From Leucoraja erinacea (taxonomy: Eukaryota): DNA of 64,000 nucleotides. Below, in pieces: positions 1 through 11,137 of this stretch. The translations under genes were made by a program, and so were the position numbers. Numbering within the stretch: position 1 is the first letter of the stretch; the number at the start of each line of letters is the position of its first letter. The notes below the pieces were generated by a model, which saw nothing but the letters and a program-made list of their open reading frames with translations, had not been told where the DNA came from and did not search any database. The DNA lies in the NCBI RefSeq assembly GCF_028641065.1, contig NC_073392.1:23374001-23438000 (forward strand), read 5' to 3'.

Positions 1-555
1 GTAAGCCCGGAAGATCATCGGGGAGTTTGATGTACCTGGTCTACTTTGTTTTACCAACCCCGGCATAGTGAAAGTAATGGTATCTGGGGTGGTCACCATG
101 TAGTTTAGATTAAGCTGATGGAGCGACTGGACCCTTTGAGCTGAGACAAGCGCCATGAGCATGAGGGTTTTGTAAGTGGCCTGTTCCAGGCTCAGGGATC
201 CCACCGGAGGCCAACCTCGAAGGTGTGTGAGAACTACACTCACATCCCACATGTGAGTGTATCTAGGTGTAGGGGGTTTGGTATTAAAGATCCCCTTAAG
301 GAGTCTGATGACTAGAGGGTGGGATCCCACACTATGCTGTTCTATCGGCATTAGATATGCGGACAGTGCGCTCCGAGCCGTGTTGATGGCACTGTAGCTC
401 ATCTTGAGATCATGGTGCAGGTGGGCCAGGAACTCCAGCACATCCGAGATCGAAGTCGTCGTGTAGGATGTCCCTGCGTCCAGACAGTACTGTTCCCATT
501 TCCTGATGAAGGTCAGGTACTGTTTCTTGGTGGAAACTCGCAGGGATGCCGACAT
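1..555 (-). CDS. DIRS tyrosine recombinase, N-terminal part (open to the window edge)
   Basis: Manual translation MSASLRVSTKKQY...YSAINTARSALS...HPLVIRLLKG...WDVSVVL...LMALVSAQRVQSL (first catalytic Arg)...KQSRPG. Confidence 0.85.
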   Translation of the reverse strand, partial: MSASLRVSTKKQYLTFIRKWEQYCLDAGTSYTTTSISDVLEFLAHLHHDLKMSYSAINTARSALSAYLMPIEQHSVGSHPLVIRLLKGIFNTKPPTPRYTHMWDVSVVLTHLRGWPPVGSLSLEQATYKTLMLMALVSAQRVQSLHQLNLNYMVTTPDTITFTMPGLVKQSRPGTSNSPMIFRAY

Positions 556-602
556 GGTGGTGATTGTTCTGTCTGATAACCCCAATCCCCGGTAAGGCCT
601 GT

Positions 603-908
603 TCAAAATCTGGAAACCAGGAGTTTCAATTTTTGGTGGCATGGATGGCTAATGCCAGTTACCGGGTGAGTCAATAATTGGGGGTGGTGTTGAAGGACCA
701 TTGGTGTCTCTACCACCATGTCGTGGAACATTGGGAACCATGGTTGGGTAGGCCAGTCGGGCACGACCAGAATGCCAGAGGCTGAGTCTGCCTGAATTTT
801 CTGGAGTACCCGACTGATGAGGCAGAAGGGAGGGAAAGCATAGAAAAAGAAATTTCCCCAGTCCAGCGTGAAGGCATCTACCGCTGCTGCCTCTGGTCTG
901 GTTCCCAA
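603..908 (-). pseudogene. C-terminal half of DIRS Dam-like methyltransferase domain, separated from pol by a 1-bp frameshift near 897
   Basis: DAFTLDW..YAFPPF..VPDWPTQPWF; copy 2 reads WEPDPEAAAVDAF in one frame. Confidence 0.8.
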
Positions 909-2653
909 GCCACATACATGGGTAGTTGGTGATTTAACCTAGACGCAAACAAATCTATATCTGGCGTACCATATTGCTTGATAATTTTAGCAAATGATTT
1001 TGGGTCCAACATCCATTCGATGTTGTCGTTGAATTTTCGTGACCTGGTGTCCGCCACTAAATTTAGCTTGCCTGGTAAATAGGCAGCTGATAGCCAAATA
1101 TGTCTCTCGACACACCATTGCCAGATTATAGCAGTTAATTTGTCGCATGATACTGATTTAATGCCACCCATGTGCTGGATATAAGATACTGCCGTAGTGT
1201 TGTCGATCATAATTCTAACATGCACGTGTCGCATACCAGATGCATATGCTTTTAGCCCATAAAAGGCGGCGAGCATTTCCAAAAAGTTAATGCCCAGTGA
1301 GTGTAGTAGCGATGCCTCTGAATTAGTCCATCTGCCACCTGTGCTGTCTTTGGAGTTAGTAGCTCCCCAGCCTAAAGCACTGGCATCCGTTGCAATGGTT
1401 ATGTTAGGATTGGTTACGGTGATAGGACTGTGACTGTGCCAAATATTGTCAACCCACCACTGAAGTTCTAATTTGGCTTCAGCGGGTAAATCCATTTTGC
1501 GATCATAATGCCCCCTATGAAGGCGTAATGCATGAGTCCTTGCTCTTTGGAGATTTTGATAATGCAAGGGCCCATGTTGGGCAGCCGGAAATGCTGCTAC
1601 TATAGAGCCAATAACTCTGGCTACATGCCGTATTCTAGGTTGCGGTGTGGCAATTAAATGGCTACAAGCTTCAATGAGTGAAACTGTTTTGTTTCTGGGC
1701 AGAGTGACAGTCATGTGAATCGTGTCAATAGTGAAGCCTAAGTAATCCATGTTAGTAGTAGGCTCCAATATTGATTTATCTGGGTGGAGGATAAAACCCA
1801 AAGTTTCAAGGAGTTGTTTAGTGGCTAACACTCCTGCGACAGCTTGATCCCGTGTTCTTCCTAATATGAGAACATCGTCCAGATAGGCCACTACTAAATG
1901 TTTTAATTCTCTCAATTTCTTCATGGCCACTTTAAGAATTTTCGTAAATAGTCTGGGAGCTGTCGTTAAACCATTGGGCAAAGCTCGGTACTGCCATAGC
2001 TGGCCCCTCCAGATAAATTTCAGATATTTAAAGTAATCTTTATGAATGGGTACCAAATAGTAAGCATCTTTGATATCTATGCTTGCCATGTAGTATCCCT
2101 TGGAGATCAGTTGTCTGGCAGTGACAAATGTCTCCATTTTGAAATGTTGATACTCAACAGACTGATTAAGTGATGTCAGGTCAATAATAATGCGACATCC
2201 ACCATCTTTTTTAGTTTTGAGAAAAATATTTGATACAAATTCTTGCGGCTCGTGTGTGGTCATTTCTATGATGCCTTTAGCCACGAGCCGATCAAGTTCA
2301 GCTTGTCCTTCTACCTTCTCAACTGCCGAGGGAAGGAACACCCTTTGGGGCATGTGCTGAACTGGCGGTTCTACGCCTGGTTTGAATTCAATCTTGTATC
2401 CACTAATACTGTTGAGTATAAACTGATTGTTAGTAAGGGAGCACCAAACATGCTTGAAGAACCTCAAACGTCCCCCTGTTAATACTACACCCTTTGTCTG
2501 TGTATGTTGACAGGAACCAGACCCACCTACCTCCATGTTCACTTGTGGGGTCGTTTCCGGTGGGTCTGGCCCAAGGTTGTCCGTGTTGGTGCTGCGGTGG
2601 GGCGGCGCATCTTCCCACGGCTCCGCCCTGGGCCCCGCTCTAAAAAAGAGCAC
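878..2653 (-). CDS. DIRS pol: reverse transcriptase + RNase H + start of methyltransferase-like domain (likely start MEVGG at ~2536)
   Basis: RT motifs IDIKDAY, LPNGL, YLDD, YLGF; RNase H TDAS, INFLE, DN, AD; DLFAS begins the MT domain. Confidence 0.92.
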   Translation of the reverse strand: MLFFRAGPRAEPWEDAPPHRSTNTDNLGPDPPETTPQVNMEVGGSGSCQHTQTKGVVLTGGRLRFFKHVWCSLTNNQFILNSISGYKIEFKPGVEPPVQHMPQRVFLPSAVEKVEGQAELDRLVAKGIIEMTTHEPQEFVSNIFLKTKKDGGCRIIIDLTSLNQSVEYQHFKMETFVTARQLISKGYYMASIDIKDAYYLVPIHKDYFKYLKFIWRGQLWQYRALPNGLTTAPRLFTKILKVAMKKLRELKHLVVAYLDDVLILGRTRDQAVAGVLATKQLLETLGFILHPDKSILEPTTNMDYLGFTIDTIHMTVTLPRNKTVSLIEACSHLIATPQPRIRHVARVIGSIVAAFPAAQHGPLHYQNLQRARTHALRLHRGHYDRKMDLPAEAKLELQWWVDNIWHSHSPITVTNPNITIATDASALGWGATNSKDSTGGRWTNSEASLLHSLGINFLEMLAAFYGLKAYASGMRHVHVRIMIDNTTAVSYIQHMGGIKSVSCDKLTAIIWQWCVERHIWLSAAYLPGKLNLVADTRSRKFNDNIEWMLDPKSFAKIIKQYGTPDIDLFASRLNHQLPMYVAWEPDQRQQR

Positions 2654-3750
2654 TGGGGGTAGTGGGAGGCGGTCACCAGGCTTTCACCAGCTCGGTATCT
2701 GCTGGTGGCTGCCGAGGCGTGCGGCCAACTGGGTGTCTTCGCCCTGCTCGGTCCTGGCCCTGCCCTCATGAGGCCTACTGGTTTTGCCGCCTCTTCCAAC
2801 TCCTTGAGCCTTTTGGCCAGATCCGCACCAAATAGCAGCGCCTGTCGTTCGGGCGCTGGAGCTTTACAGAGGCCCGCATATGTTGGGTTGAGGGCAGGCC
2901 TGATGTTGTCCCGCCGTAGGTTGTTTAGCTCGTACGTGGTGCCGCACATCAGTGCGAGGGCATCTTGCTGGGGTATGGTCAGGTCTTCCTCCCCAACTGA
3001 CCGAGCAAAGGCGGTGACGGCTGCTGAGTGTAGCTTCAGGACTCGCTGCATTTTGACCTCCTGAGCCCTTATGTGCTGCCCCAGCTGGTTCCAGATCTGC
3101 CCATTTACCGTCTTGACCCTCAGCGCCTCGCAATTTTCGGGCGCGATGTAGTTGTCAAGGGCCTGCTGGACAGCCTTGTCCTGCAGCGGGTTGTTGGACA
3201 GCCTGTTTATAGTTGCCGCCATTCTGGGTGGCAACACCATCCCAGTTGTTGGTGGTGCCGCATATCGGCCCACTACACCCAGTAGCTCTTCTTCCGGCAC
3301 GCCCGGCATGCTGACGATATCCTCCGCCTGCCCTTGGGATAGGCCAGCCCAGTCCTGGCCTCCCTTACTGCCCTCGAATATAGAGGGTACAGAAGGGTGT
3401 GGAGAGGAGGAGGCCAAAGCCCGTCCTCCTGGGAGATGCCGCATCTCCTCATTAATCATACGTTCGAGGAGCTGCCTCATGCAGCTCATCCGAACGTCTC
3501 CCCTTTTCGGTGGGGGAGAGTGTTCCCGTTCCTCCGAATCATCGGAGGACACCGGCCGGTCGGTTTTCTGGGTCGCCTTCCTCCCTGTGCGGGGCGTTGA
3601 GATTTGCAGCACTGGGGGCGGCTCGGTGTCGGGTGAGCGGGAGCGTTGAAAAAGCTCCTCCGCTGCGAGAGGCTGCCGTCCCGCTATGGACCCGTCCTCG
3701 GGTGGAGTAGGGCAGGCAGTCCTCCTGGCTGGTCGCTTGCGAGAGGCCAT
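2539..3750 (-). CDS. DIRS ORF1 (gag-like), 403 aa, uninterrupted
   Basis: Long ORF between the left terminus and pol, overlapping the start of the pol frame; CpG-rich. Confidence 0.75.
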   Translation of the reverse strand: MASRKRPARRTACPTPPEDGSIAGRQPLAAEELFQRSRSPDTEPPPVLQISTPRTGRKATQKTDRPVSSDDSEEREHSPPPKRGDVRMSCMRQLLERMINEEMRHLPGGRALASSSPHPSVPSIFEGSKGGQDWAGLSQGQAEDIVSMPGVPEEELLGVVGRYAAPPTTGMVLPPRMAATINRLSNNPLQDKAVQQALDNYIAPENCEALRVKTVNGQIWNQLGQHIRAQEVKMQRVLKLHSAAVTAFARSVGEEDLTIPQQDALALMCGTTYELNNLRRDNIRPALNPTYAGLCKAPAPERQALLFGADLAKRLKELEEAAKPVGLMRAGPGPSRAKTPSWPHASAATSRYRAGESLVTASHYPQCSFLERGPGRSRGKMRRPTAAPTRTTLGQTHRKRPHK

Positions 3751-6124
3751 TATTCTCTCTAGCGCGACTCTGAAACAAAAAAGGCACTTACCTGAGGTCT
3801 CGTCTTTATGCTGCAGCTGGAGAGCCTGGCTCCAGCTGCTGCCGCTGTTGCACTGCTGACGTAATGCCGCGCCTGCGCGCTGGGTGGGTTCTTCACGTAG
3901 TCACTCACGTGACTCCGAAGTAAAATTAAACACGGGCTGGTCACTTGGGAATATTTCACACAATTCCTATTGCTACACGAGAGAAGGGATATGATTGGGC
4001 TCAAGAAGGTGAACAGCAGGTTTACCAGGACATTGCTGGAACTGGAGCACTTTAATTACAGGGAGAATTTGGATAGATTGGGCTTGTTTTTCCCTGGAGT
4101 AAAGGAGACTGCAACAAATGAGACAGACATGGGAGTATCATTTACCCATGGTAGGGGAATAAATCGCAACAAACATATCACTAAATTACAAATGCCTTAG
4201 CTGTGGTAAACATATCTATTCTGGTCCAATTAGTTATTACATTATTCCAGGTAAAATATTAAAGGAGAGGACATAGTCAGAGGGGCTGAATATGAACCAT
4301 GTGATGAGAGGTAGAGTTTTAGAGGCATAGAGCATGCAAACAGGCCATTCACCCCACCACATCCATGCTGACCAGTTTCTGTATTCACCCCATTTTCCAC
4401 CACTTCTATGCCGGAGCGATTCACATGCATCCCCTCACATCCTCTCTAAATCTTTTACCATTTAATACTTATGCTACATCTGTGTTTTCTACTTTTATCG
4501 ACTTCAGATATGGGAAAAAGCATCTTGCAGGCCTACCTTATCTACACCCCTCTTCAATTTTTTGTATCTCAATTTTGTCCCCTCTTAACCTCCTCCATTC
4601 CAGGGAAAACAGTCCTAACCTCTTCAGTCTCTCCTCACAACTGAAACACTCCACCCGAGGCAACATCCTGATGAATCTCCTCTGCACTGGTTCAGCCTGT
4701 GGGTATAAAACAAGAGAGCAAATGTAGCTCAGGCTGTGAGAGACCTTGTGAAAGTTTGTGCTACACGAGAGGAAATGTAAACATTTACATAATATGCACA
4801 GAGATGCACATCAGTGTATGCCAACAATTCCCCAGCTTGGATACACCATATATGCATATGATGCCAATGCCTTCAAATACACATTCCTTCTCACAAATCC
4901 ATGCTGGGAATGAAATGTTAATATGAGGCAACATCTGCACTTTCAGGCGTATGTTATTACGCAGGGGAACTATTTTGAAGAGCAGTGGGATTACCCCTTG
5001 GCCCCATCTCACAATATGTAAAGATGATCTGGCATTGCTGTGTTTGGCCTAGTTGCACAGAGGTTGGCTTCCACAGTAGACATGGTTCACAAGTGCTTCA
5101 TCAGCTCAATCTGTGGTACCCTGGCAGGATGAAAGATGCTATCTAAATGCATCCATTATGTTATTTCGTACCTTTACATTACATTCATTCTTATACATGC
5201 TCATTACACCTTTCCACATCCTGGAAACTCATACATTTTCTTGCACTTACTCGTACTAATTTTGAAGCACGTGCTTGCTCGCTAACATGCTCACTCACTC
5301 ACTAATCCAAACACACACACACCTTGTATTAAGGTACACATCCACTTGATTTCAGTACTTCTAAGAAATGGAAAGCAGACTGCAAATTCTTAATGTTATG
5401 TGGCTGCTCTTTAAAAGTGACCCATGTGCAGAACAGGTCTGCACACACTCACACAATTGTTGATTTCAAAATGGAGATTTTATTTTTAGACCCCGAGCCA
5501 TTCACAGTTGTTGGGTGCAACCCTGACACATCCACATCTCTCTGTTCAAGCAGGAAATCATCAAGTTACTAACATGGTGAATCACAACGCTTCGACGAAG
5601 AACTTGGGCCTTGAACTTAGTTCTCAGCAATTTGCTGACTGTTCAACACAGCTTCCTGTTGTAATAATGACCAATTAAATTAACAATGGAGGATTGGGTG
5701 GTTGAAACTTATTGAGACATGAGGGTTTGTTGCTCATCTGTTTTCCTCATTCCCACCATACTGCATCCATTTCCCAACCGTCCTGTGACAATTACTGCAA
5801 TGAATCATAGTAGGACTAAAGTTGGCCAACCAACCTGTAATCTGCCGTCAGCTGGTACGATACTGCTGCTCTGTTTCTCATCCTTCTCAGCAACTATGAC
5901 CATAGGTTACACAGAGACACAAATCCAAGTATCTCTGCACATGGCCACACCTGGTTACCCTGATCGCTGGTCGGACACAAGGACAGTGATCTCATACTTA
6001 CAAATTCAAAAGTCATAGGAGCAGAATTACACCATTCAGTCCAATGAATCTACTCCGCCATTCAATCAGGGGTGATTTATCTTTCCCTCTCAACCCCATT
6101 CACCTGCCTTCTCCCCATAAACGA

Positions 6125-7060
6125 AGTAAACAACATCCACAGACTCTTCTTTGTCTATCCTGCTATTGACTTACTCAAAGAATTCCAACAGATTTGTCAG
6201 TCAAGATCTCCCGTTTACAAAACCATGCTGACTTTGGCCTATTGTATCATGCGCTTCTAAGTCGTCAGAAACGTCAAGCTTAATAATGGACTCGAAAATC
6301 TTACCAACCACTGAAGTCAGGCTAACTGGCCTATAGTTTACCCTCTTTTGCTTCGCCCCGTTCACAATAACCACATGAAAAGGCTGTTCAAAAGGATGTG
6401 ATAGTACTGGAGAGGGTACAGAGAAAATTTCTTTCAGTTCCTCTACCCCCTTAGAACCTCTGTCCTCCAGTACATCTGGGAGATTGATTTGTGTCTTCCT
6501 TTGTGAAGGCAGATCCGAAGTACCTGTTCAACCCTTCTGCCATTTCCTCGTTACCCATAATAATTTCACCCGTGTCTGCCTTCAAGGGACCCACATTTGA
6601 CTTTGCTACTCTTTTTCCTTTAACGTATCTAAATAAGTTTTTACTGTCCTTCTTTATATTCCTGGCCAGCTTCCCCTCGTACTTCATCTTTTCAGCCCGT
6701 ATTGCCCGTTTTGTTTCCTTCTGTTGTCCTAGGAAAGTTTCCCAATCCTCTGGCTTCCGCCTACTCTTTGCTGTGTTATACATCTTTTCTTTTAGTTTTA
6801 TTCTATCCCAAACTTCTTTTGTCAGCCACGGTTGCCTCCTACTCCCCTTAGAATCTTTCTTCCTTTTTGAAATGAAATGATCCTGCGTCTTCCGGATTCT
6901 GCCCAGAAATTCCTGCCATTGCTGTTCCACCGTCATTCCTGCTAGTATCCCTTTCCAGTCTACCTTGGCCAGCTCCTCTCTCATGCCTTCATAGTCCCCT
7001 TTGTTCAACTGTATCACTGACACTTCCGATTTAATCTTCTCCTTCTCAAATTGCAAGTCC
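6125..7060 (-). mobile_element. CR1 LINE ORF2 internal fragments
   Basis: ORF 6451-7062 (QPWLTKEV..KNLFRYVKGKR); NYRPVSLTSVV-like segment at 6300-6345. Confidence 0.85.
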
Positions 7061-10000
7061 AAAGCATAGGAGAGAACCTAATAGTCCGTTACAAAGAGTC
7101 ATACATGTATACACATGTGTTCTGCACTCTTAAAACCTCTTGTCACCATATTTCAACCAACCCACCAGCTCGGTCCTTTCTCCCTTGTGTTTGGATGTGG
7201 TTATAGATGCATAATGGTTATTACTGAACTAGTAGCCATAGTTCTGGAACATTGTTCAAATTCCAGCTGGTTGGAGAGGATGGGGGACAAATAAATAAAG
7301 TAATTAAATAAATACTGGAATTAAAGTAAAGAATAGGTCCATGTAACCATGAGATTATTGGAATTTTATAAAATTCCTTTCAAGGAAGGATATCTGCCAC
7401 CTTTCCCCAGTCTGGCCGATCTGGGATTCAAGACCATCCTCTGTGGCCATTTGAAACCATTAGAGATGAACAGTTAATGCCATCATTGTCAACAGCGCCC
7501 AATTCCTGTGAGTGAATAAATTAAAGAACACACTTTAAAAGCTTGGAAGACATTTGCTCATCTTACACCAAGTTCCACTTCATCACTATTCCCTGCCTAT
7601 AACACCCTCTTGATTGTATTTTGAAGTAAAACATCTCATATTGATGGCCTGAAATATAGTTGAATAAAAATTGATTGACATTTTGAGCGCTACCATATTC
7701 CCACAGAATATGGTTGTTAAAAGTGGTAATAACTTGCAGCAAATCAAGAGTGGAGACAAAAAAACATGATATGATATTTTCTGTGTAAGATTCTAATTAC
7801 CCAAAGTTCATGGTGGGGGTTTAATGAGCTGAAGGATGCAGTTCTCTGACAGCCGTGTGACAGGTGTTGAATGCTGATGTGTATCGGTGCTGAAGCAGGA
7901 CTTTACCTCTTGCAGCTGATCAAGAGTGCAAAATATTCTGGCAGTACTGAGTGACAGCAGCAGCAAACTGCTAAAGGTTGCTATCAGCAGAAACATGAGA
8001 ATTCACACATTTAATATGATTGCATTTACTTCACACATTAGTAAGCACTCAACCCAAACAACATTAGCTTTTTATTTACTTTCTCATCTTAATTAAAACC
8101 CAAGAGGCATGTATAGTTACTCCTCAATCCCACCTTATACAACCAGCACATTTAAAAAAAAGTGTAAAACTACAGACAATCATACACAAAGCTAGTGTAT
8201 GAATCATCATTGATGTATACATCCTAACACCATCCATAATTAATCACCACACCTCTCAGCACCATGTTAGAGCAGAGTGCAGGTGAAGAGAAACTCCATC
8301 CAGTGAAGCTGGTAGGGATTATGGAGCTGTTAACTGACAATGAATTTGGAGAACACACAATAAAGCAACATATTAGAAGCAGGATAGACCCCTGTGGAGA
8401 GAAATGGGCAGCCGACACTGACTTGGGACCCTTCTTCGGATGGAGTGGGGAGGGGAGAGAAAGCTGGAAAAGAGAGGTGGGATAGACAAAACATGGTCCG
8501 GTGCTGGCTCGAAGGGCTGAATGGGCTACTCCTGCACCTATTGTCTATCTCTTCCCCGCCCCGCCGCGATGCAAGAGCTTGAATCATCCCGACACAAGGG
8601 TCTGAACTCCACCGGCTACGGGAGCCAAGATCACCCCGTCAATGGAAGCGGTTATAAAACCTTATTAACCCCTCATTGATGATGCCCAATTTATCATGTT
8701 CCAATTATCCTCAATTAGTTCTATGCTGACTGACCCTGCATAATGCTTATTTATTGTTGCTGTTTAACCTATTGCTGAGTGACCTGTAAACACTATGTCG
8801 ATTAGTCCTGAACTCTGTAATTAACTCCTTGCTGAATGTCATTGGCTAACGTGGTGCAGGTTCCCCTCATTTGCGCTGTGCTTAATTTCTTTGATTAGTC
8901 CTGCATTTATAGTCCCTGATTAGCCCACTTTTGACTGCTCTTGATTAGTCCCTTGTTTATTGTCACTGATTAATCCACTTGCTGACTTTCTCCAATTAGC
9001 CTCATGCTGATTAACCTCTCCCTGATTAACCCTGTGTTAACAGTGGTCCCACTCTAACTCCCCCTTTCATCGTTGTTGAGTGTTTCTGATGAGCTTCGTG
9101 CTGCCCTTCTGAATAACCCCATCCCTTGTTCCCGAATAGCCTCACACTCACTATCCCGGATCAGTTTTATGCTGAGTTTCCTGAGTAACCCCGAGCTGTG
9201 CCCTGATTAGCCTAAAATAGACACGATAAACTGGAGTAACTCAGCAGGTCCTGCAGCATATATAGAGAAAAGGAAAGGAATAGGTGACATTTCGTGTTGA
9301 GACCCATCTTCAGAGTGAGAGGGAATCCAGAGATATGCAAAGGTACATAGAACAAATGAATGAAAGATATGCAAAAGGACAGATGAAAGCCAGCAACAAT
9401 GATCAAGGAAAGGTCGAGCCTGACTAACCTGTTGCAGAATGTGCTTGATCATTTCCATGCTGCTTCCCTCTGATTGGTACCATGCCGTTTGTCCTTGTTG
9501 TCTTGCTGATCTTCACCCTGACTTCAGTAACAAGGGATCCTCCTCCAAACTGCTCCGGGAGATCAGTAGCACCTCCTGCCACAAAAAATGTCTCCAGCTC
9601 TCAACAGTTGACTGGCACAGAGCCATCCTAATGTGGACCACTCCCCCACTAATACAGCAGGGTTGCAGTCAGTGGATCAGGACTGCTCTCTCCTTCCCGC
9701 CATGATGTGAGGAAGTACGTTCAAAGGTTATAGGAGTAGAATTAGGCCATTCAGCTCATCAAGTTTACTCCGCCATTAAATCACGGCTGATCTATCTTTC
9801 CCTCTCAACCGCATTCTCCCGCCTTCTCCTCACAACCCCTGACACAGAGGAGAAGCACAGCTTCTCCTCAAAGCTGGAGCCCTGTGTCACAGCTGTGTGA
9901 AGTTGGCCACTCTTAAAATTCAGTTGGAGGCTTTTTCATCACTGCACCATTTACTCCAAAAGGAAGTGTTCGTTAGAAATGTGCAAACATTTGAAAATTA

Positions 10001-10454
10001 CGATTCTTAAGTATTCTTATCAAATGGCAGCTGGGTTTATATTCCTGTTCAGGAGCAAGACAATCTGGAGGTCCACCTAGTCCAGTGTGCACCAATTTAA
10101 GTACACGCATCTTGTTCTGAGAAAAATGCTGTACTCTCTAATCTTGGACAATATTTGGAATTCTCTGCACGCTGTCAGTGGATAAGGATACGCTACACTT
10201 GAACTTGATCATTGTGATTGTTTGGTACAATGAGGAAAGTTGTTTGCTATTGAAAATGCTCTCGGTGTTGTCTCTGTGCAGTTACAGTATGTTACTACAG
10301 GCCCATCATCACTGGTTACAATCATCCAGCTTATGGACACCCCTACATGCAAACAAGCTCCCATCATATAAATAAATGCAACTATCCAATTTACGTACTT
10401 ACATTCATTCCTACCTATAGCCAAATACTAATAGCAAGTATTAACACCATTGAT

Positions 10455-11135
10455 GTTTCGAGGGGTCTTGGGATTCAAGTCCATAGCTCCCTGAAAGTGG
10501 TAACACAAGTAGATAGAGTGGTAATGAAGGTGTATGGTATGTTTGTCTTTATTGGTCAATGCATTGAGTACAGGGATTTATATTGCAGTTTTATAACACT
10601 TTCGTCAGACTGCATTTGGACTATTACGTACAGTTCTGGTCACCCCATTACAGGAAGGATGTGGAGGCTTTGGAGAGGGTGCAAAGAGGGTACCAGAATG
10701 ATACCTGGTTGAGAGGATGTTAGCAAGAGGAGTGGCTGGACAAACTAGGATAGTTATCTCTGGAGTTTCAAAGGTTGACAAGTGACCTGATAGAACTATA
10801 TAGAATTATGAGATAGAATCTCATAGAATCAGAATCTTTTTCTCATGTTGGAAATGTCAAAGACTAGAGGCCATAGCTTTAAGGTCAGCGCAAAAAGGTT
10901 TAAAGGAGGTGTGTGGACCACGTTTTTCACACAGAGAGTTTTAGGTGCCAGGAATACGCTGCCAGGAGTGGTGGTGGAAGCAGATATGATAGGAGCATTT
11001 AAGAGGCTTTTACATAGGCACAAGGAAGTTCAGGAACTGGAGGGATATGTATCAAGTGTAGCCAGAGGAGATGAGCTTAACTTGGCACCATATTCAGCAC
11101 AGGCATTGTGGGCCGAAGGGCCTGTTCCTGTGCTT
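10455..11135 (+). mobile_element. Degenerate CR1 LINE 3' part
   Basis: LGIQVHSSLKV, KTRGHSFKV, FFTQRV. Confidence 0.8.
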
Positions 11136-11137
11136 TA

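Larger units (their letters stand above)
1..3926 (-). mobile_element. DIRS1-like tyrosine-recombinase retrotransposon, copy 1 (gag, RT-RNase H-MT, YR), truncated by the left window edge
   Basis: Domain order gag > RT (YLDD) > RNase H > methyltransferase-like > YR. Terminal 37 nt (3890-3926) are identical to the terminus of copy 2 (58602-58638). Confidence 0.92.

Noticed and set aside
603-2653. RT + adenine methylase + integrase read as a prophage, retron or bacterial contamination
   Set aside because: Domain order and ITR/ICR ends match eukaryotic DIRS1 retrotransposons embedded in vertebrate intron sequence
2243-3710. Plus-strand ORFs antisense to DIRS gag/pol
   Set aside because: Expected shadow ORFs of GC-rich coding sequence; no motifs
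7690-7720. HIPTE peptide resembling the preceding alpha2delta exon (QIPTDIY)
   Set aside because: Followed by a stop codon, with no suitable splice donor and no flanking similarity
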